Shown here: positions 18,341 to 26,170 of the stretch, one piece after another
Layout: each line of letters begins with the position of its first letter
How positions within the stretch are numbered: position 1 is the stretch's first letter
Origin: an uncultured Erysipelotrichaceae bacterium
GTDB taxonomy: Bacteria > Bacillota_I > Bacilli_A > RFN20 > CAG-826
Length of the DNA: 64,000 nucleotides
Assembly: GCA_902802905.1 (NCBI GenBank)
Contig: CADCNT010000004.1
Span: 13,073-77,072, forward strand
Direction: 5' to 3'
Notes under the pieces: model-generated
What the model was told of the DNA's origin: nothing
What the model saw: the letters and a program-made list of their open reading frames with translations, nothing else
The model's database searches: none
Program-made: the position numbers and the translations under genes

Positions 18341-18511
18341 ATGTTAGCAATTTCAAAAGATGTGGAAGTCACGTTCATGCGTGCTATCCTTAAATATTTT
18401 TATACGCAAAAGCTGCTTACAGAAATTGAATATATACGTATCATAGACGACCTCGAGTCAGGTAATAAATACGTTGATAATAATACAGGAAAGAGTGATG
18501 TATATGTGTAG
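18341..18511 (+). CDS. Small ORF (56 aa) between the repressor and integrase, possibly co-transcribed with int
   Basis: ATG at 18341 is preceded by GAGGAG 8 nt upstream. The TAG stop overlaps the RBS of int. Sequence begins MLAISKDVEVTFMRAILKYFYTQKLLTEIEYIRIIDDLESGNKYV... Confidence 0.4.
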   Translation: MLAISKDVEVTFMRAILKYFYTQKLLTEIEYIRIIDDLESGNKYVDNNTGKSDVYV

Positions 18512-18525
18512 GAGGTTATTCATAT

Positions 18526-20268
18526 ATGAATAAAGTATCAATTATAGCCCCTACAAAAGCTGACGGAATATTCCAAAGAAGCTTAGCTGAACTCAAGGTA
18601 AAGCGTGTAGCGGCTTATGCTCGTGTTAGTACAGAAAGTGACGAGCAAGCAAACTCATTCGAAAACCAAGTTGAAGAATGGACAAGAAGGATCTTAGAAA
18701 ATCCAAATTACAAGCTAGTTAAGATCTATGCAGATGAAGGTATTTCTGGTACTTCAATACGAGGTAGAGAAGGATTCCAGGAAATGATTAGCGATGCCAA
18801 AGCAGGAAAGATTGACTTGATATTAGTTAAATCAATTTCCAGATTCGCAAGAAACACAGTCTTAACAATTCAAACTATTAGAGAACTTAAAGAGTGTGGA
18901 GTCGAAGTATATTTTGATAACGAGAACATTTGGACCTTTGACCCAAAAACAGAATTTATGCTTTCAATCATCAGTATGATGGCTCAAGAGGAGAGCAGAC
19001 ATATTTCTGAAAACGTTACTTGGACTTTCAGAAAGATGATGAACGAAGGTAAAACCTTCATCGCTTCTTCTAATTTCTTGGGTTATGACTATGACAAAGA
19101 GAAAGAAGGGCTAGTCATCAATAAAGAACAGGCACCTATCGTTAAACTTATATACGACTTATACGATCAAGGCGTTGGAACATTAGAAATATGTAGGACT
19201 CTAAAAGCCAGAGGATATAAAACTGTCACTGGCAAAGAAGACTGGCACGCAAGCACTGTTATAGGCATTTTAAAGAACGAAAAATATGTCGGCGACTTGT
19301 TGCTTCAAAAAACATATACGGTTGATTATTTGACCCATAAGAGAAGAGATAACACCGGTCAAAGGCAAAAGTATTATGTTAGAGATGCTCATGAGGCTAT
19401 TATCCCTAGAGATCAATGGGAAAGAGTCCAGGTCAAAGTGAACAACCAAGCTTTAAAGGCAATGGGTGGTCACAGGGATCTAAACCGTTATAACGTCAGG
19501 TATCCTTTGAGTGGAACGCTTATCTGTTTAGAGTGCGGAGAAACATATAAAAGAAGACACTGGTACAACGGTTATGAAGATATCGGCGGAAAGATAATGT
19601 ACCAATGCGGCGGATACGTGTATGACTATAAAAACGAAAAACACTGCAAAGTTTCTCATGGAATTAGCGAGAATCTACTCCACCACACTATTGCTGATGC
19701 CATCAACAATGTTTATTTGAAAGATAAAAGTGTCTTTAGAAAGATTTCCACTCTTATCAGAAAGGGATTATCTGTTACCTCTATAGACGAAAACATTAAT
19801 GCTAAACAAGAAGAAAAAGAGAAGATTAGCAAAGACATAGACTTTATCTTAAAAGAAAGGATGAATGCTGGTCGTACCGATATCAAAGAAAAGCTTGATA
19901 GCCAGTACGCAGAATTAGTTCAACAATATCAACGCATTTGTAGTGAAATCAAAACTCTTCAAGATAGAGAAAGAGATAACCTTGACTCTGAATCTAGATT
20001 AAACAAGATGTTGTCTATCCTGGACGGAAAACAAATCACAGCGGATATGATTACGTTAGATTTATTAGAGGCCTTTATATACCGAATTATTGTTGTTGAT
20101 AGAAAAAACATCGTCATCACAATTAACGCATTTAATTCACTTTCGCTTGAAGACCTAAGAGCTCAGAGAAAAGAGGTTGTTAAAAGAGAGCCTCTATACG
20201 AAGGAAAAGTTAGAATTAAAAACCCAAAAAGATGGGCTGAACTAAATTACAAAGTTGTGCTTGTTTAA
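18526..20268 (+). CDS. int: Large serine recombinase (integrase), 580 aa
   Basis: The resolvase N-terminal domain has the catalytic Ser region (AAYARVSTESDEQANSFENQ). A recombinase domain and a Cys-rich zinc ribbon (CLECGETYKRRHW...C) follow. A C-terminal coiled coil is present. The RBS is AGGAGG. Confidence 0.9.
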   Translation: MNKVSIIAPTKADGIFQRSLAELKVKRVAAYARVSTESDEQANSFENQVEEWTRRILENPNYKLVKIYADEGISGTSIRGREGFQEMISDAKAGKIDLILVKSISRFARNTVLTIQTIRELKECGVEVYFDNENIWTFDPKTEFMLSIISMMAQEESRHISENVTWTFRKMMNEGKTFIASSNFLGYDYDKEKEGLVINKEQAPIVKLIYDLYDQGVGTLEICRTLKARGYKTVTGKEDWHASTVIGILKNEKYVGDLLLQKTYTVDYLTHKRRDNTGQRQKYYVRDAHEAIIPRDQWERVQVKVNNQALKAMGGHRDLNRYNVRYPLSGTLICLECGETYKRRHWYNGYEDIGGKIMYQCGGYVYDYKNEKHCKVSHGISENLLHHTIADAINNVYLKDKSVFRKISTLIRKGLSVTSIDENINAKQEEKEKISKDIDFILKERMNAGRTDIKEKLDSQYAELVQQYQRICSEIKTLQDRERDNLDSESRLNKMLSILDGKQITADMITLDLLEAFIYRIIVVDRKNIVITINAFNSLSLEDLRAQRKEVVKREPLYEGKVRIKNPKRWAELNYKVVLV

Positions 20269-20271
20269 TAG

Positions 20272-20325
20272 AAAAAAAGGCCACATATCCCCGTTATTTT
20301 GAGGAAAAGTGGTCTTTTCTTTTTA
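20272..20325 (+). terminator. Putative terminator after int
   Basis: GGCCAC ... GTGGTC with one G-U pair and a large loop, followed by TTTTCTTTTT. Confidence 0.35.
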
Positions 20326-20502
20326 GTCTTTTTTAGGTAAGCATGCAACGATAATTAAACCAATTAGTCCGAGGAATAAACCTCCAAAAAACCATCCAGC
20401 TACACTTCGATTTTTATAACCAGCAATTATTGGGCAAGCAATCATACTTATAACAGTATTAATAATTCCAAGAACAGTAAATACAGGAGAAATTTCAATC
20501 AT
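20323..20502 (-). CDS. Small hydrophobic peptide (59 aa, 2 predicted TM segments)
   Basis: The translation is MIEISPVFTVLGIINTVISMIACPIIAGYKNRSVAGWFFGGLFLGLIGLIIVACLPKKD. A GGTAGGG RBS-like sequence lies upstream. It sits 79 nt downstream of gene E on the same strand. It is absent from the ORF track because it is shorter than 60 aa. Confidence 0.4.
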   Translation of the reverse strand: MIEISPVFTVLGIINTVISMIACPIIAGYKNRSVAGWFFGGLFLGLIGLIIVACLPKKD

Positions 20503-20581
20503 TTAATGGCCCTACCTTTTATAAAAGAATAGACCAACTAAAATGACTTTTGTTTTTATGTCCCTATATTGGGTACATTAA

Positions 20582-21139
20582 TTAATCACCATTAATAAAA
20601 ATATAATCTTCTGCCACTACTTCCTCTCGAGAGATTGATAAATTGAAATAGTCTTCTTCTTTTGTGTAACGGTCTGTAATGAAATGAAGCTTTTTATTCT
20701 TTGAGCCAAGCAATATTCTGTCTCTATCAATTTGATTTTCCAAGAACGGACCATCAATCAACAAATCAACGGAATTGACAAGTTCTTCGTCTAAAGAATC
20801 TTTGGTTTTTCCAGAAAACATAATAATGCCCAATCCAAGCTCATGTATTCTTGAGTTGAAGTGTTTTAAACCAACCTGTAAAGAAGGTTCTCCTCCTGTA
20901 AGAGTGATACCTTCTATTTTATATTTATCTTTAGCTATTAAAACGATGTTTAGCAACTCGTCTTCTGTAACTATGTGATTTGGCTTGAGGGCTTGCAAAT
21001 CTGGGTTCCCACATCCTTTACAATTGATATTGCATCCTTGAAACCAAATGCAGCACCTATTGAAAGGGCCTTCTATTTTAGTTAGAAGTTTAATATAAGC
21101 AACATTGAACTTAATCATTGAATTCAAATTCGAATCCAT
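20582..21139 (-). CDS. NrdG-type radical-SAM activating enzyme (anaerobic ribonucleotide reductase activase family), 185 aa
   Basis: The radical-SAM cluster is CCIWFQGCNINCKGC (Cx3Cx2C). The SAM motif is GITLTGGEPS. The C-terminal VDLLIDGPFLENQIDRDRILLGSKNKKLHF matches the layout of E. coli NrdG (…SGCVHECPGCYN…GISLSGGDPL…VLVDGKF…RGSSNQ…). No nrdD is nearby. Confidence 0.75.
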   Translation of the reverse strand: MDSNLNSMIKFNVAYIKLLTKIEGPFNRCCIWFQGCNINCKGCGNPDLQALKPNHIVTEDELLNIVLIAKDKYKIEGITLTGGEPSLQVGLKHFNSRIHELGLGIIMFSGKTKDSLDEELVNSVDLLIDGPFLENQIDRDRILLGSKNKKLHFITDRYTKEEDYFNLSISREEVVAEDYIFINGD

Positions 21140-22934
21140 TCTTACCTACTTTAGTAACAAGCTTGCTGCCTTTTAAAGAACGTAAATCATCTTTGTTTTC
21201 AAACAAGAACATGGCAAGCGGATCTAACAATCTATCATTAATAGCGTTGAGAATGTCTCTACCACCCTTAGAAGAATCAACTCCTTTAAGGATATATTCA
21301 ATCGAATCTAGTTCTTTTTCAAATTCTAATTCGAGCTTATATTTTTCTTCAATTCCCTTAATGACTGGCTTGAGTTTAGACTTGCAAATCTTAACTTGGA
21401 AGTCTCTGTCTTGAATAAAATTAAATGGAACGATGTTGTTATAACCAATACGGCCTAAAAGTTCAGGTCTCTTTAATTCATTGTCAAAGTAGTCCTTAAC
21501 AATCTTAATAAATTCTTTAGCAACGCCTTCCTTATCAGTGCTTGCGGCAACTTGATTTGCTCCTAAGTTAGAAGTAAAGACGATGATTGTATCGCTGAAA
21601 TATACTGTTTCGCCTTTAGAATCTGTCAAACGACCATCTTCTAATATTTGTAAAAAGATATCTAGGATTCTAGGATTTGGTTTCGCGGCTTTTTCAATTT
21701 CATCAAATAAAACAACACTGAATGGATGTTCTTTGATTGCATTAGTTAATTGGCCACCTTCTTCATATCCAACATAACCTGGAGCGGCACCAATTAATTT
21801 TTGGTCACTATTCTCTTGAGCATATTCAGACATATCAAAGCGGATACATGCTTGGTCATCACCGAATAAGAATTCTGCTAGTGCTTTTGATAATTCTGTT
21901 TTACCAACACCAGTTGGACCAACAAAGAAGAATACTCCTTTTGGCATTGATCTAGATGATTTCTTGTGGAGACCAGTTAAGCCCATGTAGGCTTTGATAA
22001 CAGTTTTTTCGATTTTCTCAATGGCTTCTTCTTGTCCAACGACACGTTCGGATAATTTCTTTTTAATGTTTTTAACACTAGCTTGGTCTAACTTTTCCCA
22101 AGGATTATCTTTTTCGCCGTATTTGAAGAGATAGAACAATTTGTCAAAGGACATTTTTTCTTCTTTTCTGGACAAACGAGATAATTGAATAATCTCTCTA
22201 TTTGTAAAGTCTTCGAGCATATCGATATATTGAGAATTGTCATTATCCAATAAAGAACTTGTTCCACTAGCAAGACGCACTTCAAATGAGTCTTCAATCT
22301 TCTGAATCATCGCTCTTCTTTCTAATCTATCTGGTTTTTGTAAGGTAACTATTTCTACTTCTGGGTTCCCTTGATAGAAAGATAATGGTAATCCGGATGC
22401 TTTATTAAGAATTATGACAACAACACTCTCGTTGCAATCAGAATTAAGGTAATCAACTTTTCTATCCTTAAGCGCTTTTCCTAATAAAGTAATATTTTGT
22501 CTTTCATCATCTGAAAGCCCATTCACGCTGAATAAATATTCAGACCAGTTAATAATGAAAGCTACTTTCTTTTTCTTATCTATGACGTTCTTATAAACAA
22601 CATTAAGTATTTCAGCTGGGCTTTTGAATAATCCTTGTTGAGATTTTGGATTTTTATCTTCTTCCTCATCTTCAAAATCATAGCTATCGCCTTCAACTTC
22701 AACTTCGTCTGTTAAAGTTAGCTTATCAATAGCGCCTGTTGCACCTTCAACACGATCCCAATAAACGATGTCAGGATAATCCATATCTTTAAACATCGCT
22801 TCTAGATATTCTCTTAAAGTGACGATCTTGTTTTTTTCATCAAGATAAACATCGCCGACATTGCCATCAATCATGACACACTTCTTGATACCGGCGCTTC
22901 TTCTGATTTTGTTAAAACTATTTTGTAAAGACAT
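21111..22934 (-). CDS. Novel N-terminal domain (about 300 aa) fused to a Clp/ClpB D2-type AAA+ ATPase, 607 aa
   Basis: The D2 module runs RVVGQEEAI...GVFFFVGPTGVGKTELSKALAEFLFGDDQACIRFDMSEY...IGAAPGYVGYEEGGQLTNAI...VVLFDEIEKA...LLGRI. The AGGAGG RBS is 8 nt upstream. The gene overlaps gene E by 29 nt. Confidence 0.8.
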   Translation of the reverse strand: MSLQNSFNKIRRSAGIKKCVMIDGNVGDVYLDEKNKIVTLREYLEAMFKDMDYPDIVYWDRVEGATGAIDKLTLTDEVEVEGDSYDFEDEEEDKNPKSQQGLFKSPAEILNVVYKNVIDKKKKVAFIINWSEYLFSVNGLSDDERQNITLLGKALKDRKVDYLNSDCNESVVVIILNKASGLPLSFYQGNPEVEIVTLQKPDRLERRAMIQKIEDSFEVRLASGTSSLLDNDNSQYIDMLEDFTNREIIQLSRLSRKEEKMSFDKLFYLFKYGEKDNPWEKLDQASVKNIKKKLSERVVGQEEAIEKIEKTVIKAYMGLTGLHKKSSRSMPKGVFFFVGPTGVGKTELSKALAEFLFGDDQACIRFDMSEYAQENSDQKLIGAAPGYVGYEEGGQLTNAIKEHPFSVVLFDEIEKAAKPNPRILDIFLQILEDGRLTDSKGETVYFSDTIIVFTSNLGANQVAASTDKEGVAKEFIKIVKDYFDNELKRPELLGRIGYNNIVPFNFIQDRDFQVKICKSKLKPVIKGIEEKYKLELEFEKELDSIEYILKGVDSSKGGRDILNAINDRLLDPLAMFLFENKDDLRSLKGSKLVTKVGKNGFEFEFND

Positions 22935-22946
22935 GTTGTTATCCTC

Positions 22947-24029
22947 CTATTTCTTATTTTTGCTTGTATCAACATGTTGATAATGCATTTTTTGTATTTT
23001 ATCAGGATTCTCCCATTGTACTTCTTCGTGAAGAATATTGATATCGTAAATGTTTTTCAGGTCTTCAAGGAACGGCTCAATATCTTTTCTACAAGCTTGA
23101 CCCTCATATTCATCGAAATGGTACATAAATTTGCCATTTAATTGGATTTCAAACTCTGCCATTTGGCCTGAAGCCTTAAGTGCCACTAATTTGACCACAT
23201 TTCTTTCTTTATCAATTTTTAGGTTCTTCTTAGTATCAACAATGAAGCCTCTTGCTTTAATTGCTTTGATAATGATTTTTAATGTTTCTTTTCTGATCTT
23301 CTCATCAGTAATGGACTCGTTAGCAACAGATGTGGCCTCGTCAATTGTTGTAACTGATTCAAGCACTTCTTCATCAACACCACTGTTTCTAAGGTCTTCT
23401 TTATATTCCTCAATAACTGCCCTAGTCTTTTTACCAAGAAGGACGTCATATTCTTCTTGAGCTTTGGATAATACTTCATCAAAACTAAGTCCTTGATTTT
23501 CCTCTTTAAGAAGTTCACGATATGCTAATTCTCTTAATGAAATATCGTCAATTTGATTGATTTTATCCATGATTTGCTGTGAAAACTGTAAAACTCCTTG
23601 TGACTTAGCAAGTAAATTATTACCAGCATCTAAGAGCCCTTCATCAATCATTTCATCAATCATTGCAAGCTTAGAACCGGTTAGTTCGTTTACAGTTCTA
23701 GTAAGGTCTGCCGACTGTCTTTCTAATTGTTCTCTCACTCTTAAATAATCAGCATAACGGGAGTCGTGATTATTTGTAGCAAACTTTTTTAAAGCTTGAT
23801 ATTGCTCTAATGTTGCTTTAAATTCTTCAATCTTTTTTTTGATTGTTTCTTTAGATTCAAGAAGATAATTCTCGTATTCAACAACTTTGGCTGATTCGAG
23901 CTTGCTTGCGGTCTTGTGAATCTTATCAATGGTTTTATCAATTTTGCACAAAGAATGAATGGCAGTATCACATTCGGCCTGAATTTTAATCGTTAAACCT
24001 TCGTAATCAACAGTTACTTGTTGGCTCAT
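22947..24029 (-). CDS. Coiled-coil protein of unknown function, 360 aa
   Basis: The sequence is heptad-rich with a small C-terminal alpha/beta-like region. Its start overlaps the stop of gene B (ATGA). Confidence 0.65.
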   Translation of the reverse strand: MSQQVTVDYEGLTIKIQAECDTAIHSLCKIDKTIDKIHKTASKLESAKVVEYENYLLESKETIKKKIEEFKATLEQYQALKKFATNNHDSRYADYLRVREQLERQSADLTRTVNELTGSKLAMIDEMIDEGLLDAGNNLLAKSQGVLQFSQQIMDKINQIDDISLRELAYRELLKEENQGLSFDEVLSKAQEEYDVLLGKKTRAVIEEYKEDLRNSGVDEEVLESVTTIDEATSVANESITDEKIRKETLKIIIKAIKARGFIVDTKKNLKIDKERNVVKLVALKASGQMAEFEIQLNGKFMYHFDEYEGQACRKDIEPFLEDLKNIYDINILHEEVQWENPDKIQKMHYQHVDTSKNKK

Positions 24030-26170
24030 TTAATTTCTTCCTCCAAATCAAATATTTCTTTTGCCCATCTTCTTAAGTCATCGACGGTAAAGTTTGCAGT
24101 TCTATCTTCAGGGTGAATAAAAGCGTTTCTATTTTCTCTAAAATCATGCAAGTCACTTATAATGCTCTTTTCAATTACACCGGTTCTTCTTGCATCAGAA
24201 AGCATATCTGAAAGTGTTCCATCCAATTGATATTTGTTCTTCAATATCATTTCTAATTTGGCTGAAAGATTAACAAAGACAAATTGATAATCGCCTGCAA
24301 CAATCTTTTTCTCTATAACTTCTGGTTTAATGTTACTTGGATTTTTCAAAGCCGAGTCAATCATATTTAAATAATCATTGATGGTTTCAAAGACGGACAT
24401 AAAACCTTCGTATTCAGCAAACAACTCTACGTTAGCTTTTTTAAACAATTGAATGTTTTTGAAGAGCGAATAAGCAGTACCGTATTTATTTCTAAATCCA
24501 TTTCTATCAATATTTTCTTCATCAATGGAATAAGATTTATAATTGGTTACCCCAGATATTGCCTTTAAGCCATCTAGCAATTCGGCAAAATTAACTAAGT
24601 CTATAAGTGATTTCTCTTCAACGGCTTTTTCTTTTAACGCTTCTTCGACTGGATTAATGAATAAAATCACCACTTCTTTAGCAAATCCGTTAGATACCAG
24701 CAATTCATATGTTTCCACTTTCTTAGTAAACTTTTTGTCATCAGCAAAGATAAGTTTGAGAGCTTCTTCACTACTCAATGATAAGTATTTAGGAATTGAG
24801 GATGTGATTTTAAGAACTGTCTCTAAATTTCCTTGATTACATGATTTTAAATAATCCGTGTAATTAATTTTGGTAAGTTCTTTATGCTTTAAAAGGATAT
24901 TAGGATTCATTACTGCGGTTGACTTCATTTCGTTGAGTCTCACCAAATTAGATTCGCTGCTATCAACCATATAGCCATCCATTAAAGCAGATGCCAAGTC
25001 ATAATCTTTTGTAATATTTGTCAAAAGTGTTAATTCTTTAAATTTTTCTTCTGAATACTCAGATCTTGCTTTTAGATAGATTCCAACCACTTTCTTTAGC
25101 TCGTCATTAGACAACTTAATTCTCAAAACCAACGGAAGTGTAATAGTGCTGAATTTTTCATCTTTAAAATCAAATGTTGCAGGAATATAAGCAAAAATTG
25201 AATCATGAGCATCGACTTGAATAAATTCAAACAATTTATCAAATTCATTAATTGCGTTCTCATCTTTACAAACAAGACCGTTGCTTACAGTGTAATTGCC
25301 TTTGGTAAAAAGCAACTTAAACTTCTGTTTCAAAACATCATCTATATCTTTAGGAATAATAATTCCACTTATCTTTTCGCTATCAAATAAGTCAAATGAA
25401 GCATGTTCGGTATATTTGGATTTAAATTTAAATCTATTTTTATATGAGATGGATTTTGTGATTGTTTCGTTTGTATAATAAGTCTCTGCAAATTTTTGTA
25501 ATAAAGGATCTTCAAACTTAATGCTGATAGATGAACCGTCAAGAGACATTTCACAATCATATTTGACTGTCCATTTCTCATACTCATCAATAGTTTCTAC
25601 TTTGGTAATAATTTCCTCTTTTTTAACAGGCACGCCTTTTCCTTTGTTTAAATTAAGGAAATTCTCAACATCCTTATTGCACTTGAAATTATCATAAAAT
25701 TCAGGTGTTAAAGCACAATCCATAAGAGGTTTTGGCTCTAAATCAGGATCAATCTTTAACAGCAATTCATTCTTAGCGATGTCATAAAATACAGCTAGTT
25801 TCGCTTCTTTATTCACACCTGTTGGTATTGATTCTTCGGCGAAAATCTTCTTGCCCTTTTCGGTAAATCTAAAATGTTCGATGTTATAGGCATCAAATTC
25901 ATTTTTATAAAATTGATCATAATTACATACCAATATTTCCTGTCTGATTAAGCTATCAAGTTCTTCAGCAAAGATGTAATGAAGATTCTTTGGAACACCA
26001 AAGTTCTCTAAAACACTACATAAACGTGCCGTTCTATCTTTTGATTCATTAATAAGGACCAACAAAATATAAGCCACGCCTGATGGTTTCTTGACTTCTG
26101 AATAGGTAATTAGCTCATTCATCTTAAAGAAAGGGAACTGAATAGAGGTATCTAACTTAAACTTATCCAT
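24026..26170 (-). CDS. 714-aa protein with a C-terminal HEPN-like motif (Rx4H), a putative RNase effector
   Basis: The C-terminus reads ...DLHDFRENRNAFIHPEDRTANFTVDDLRRWAKEI. The N-terminal 550 aa are unrecognised. Its start overlaps the stop of gene A by 8 nt. Confidence 0.6.
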   Translation of the reverse strand: MDKFKLDTSIQFPFFKMNELITYSEVKKPSGVAYILLVLINESKDRTARLCSVLENFGVPKNLHYIFAEELDSLIRQEILVCNYDQFYKNEFDAYNIEHFRFTEKGKKIFAEESIPTGVNKEAKLAVFYDIAKNELLLKIDPDLEPKPLMDCALTPEFYDNFKCNKDVENFLNLNKGKGVPVKKEEIITKVETIDEYEKWTVKYDCEMSLDGSSISIKFEDPLLQKFAETYYTNETITKSISYKNRFKFKSKYTEHASFDLFDSEKISGIIIPKDIDDVLKQKFKLLFTKGNYTVSNGLVCKDENAINEFDKLFEFIQVDAHDSIFAYIPATFDFKDEKFSTITLPLVLRIKLSNDELKKVVGIYLKARSEYSEEKFKELTLLTNITKDYDLASALMDGYMVDSSESNLVRLNEMKSTAVMNPNILLKHKELTKINYTDYLKSCNQGNLETVLKITSSIPKYLSLSSEEALKLIFADDKKFTKKVETYELLVSNGFAKEVVILFINPVEEALKEKAVEEKSLIDLVNFAELLDGLKAISGVTNYKSYSIDEENIDRNGFRNKYGTAYSLFKNIQLFKKANVELFAEYEGFMSVFETINDYLNMIDSALKNPSNIKPEVIEKKIVAGDYQFVFVNLSAKLEMILKNKYQLDGTLSDMLSDARRTGVIEKSIISDLHDFRENRNAFIHPEDRTANFTVDDLRRWAKEIFDLEEEIK

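Noticed and set aside
21118-21139. Alternative start (MIKF..., 21118) for the NrdG-like gene, which would reduce the overlap with the AAA+ gene to 8 nt.
   Set aside because: There is no purine-rich RBS upstream of 21118, whereas 21139 has an AGGT-containing one. The N-terminal length before the Cys cluster matches NrdG either way. The 21139 start is kept, with the uncertainty noted.
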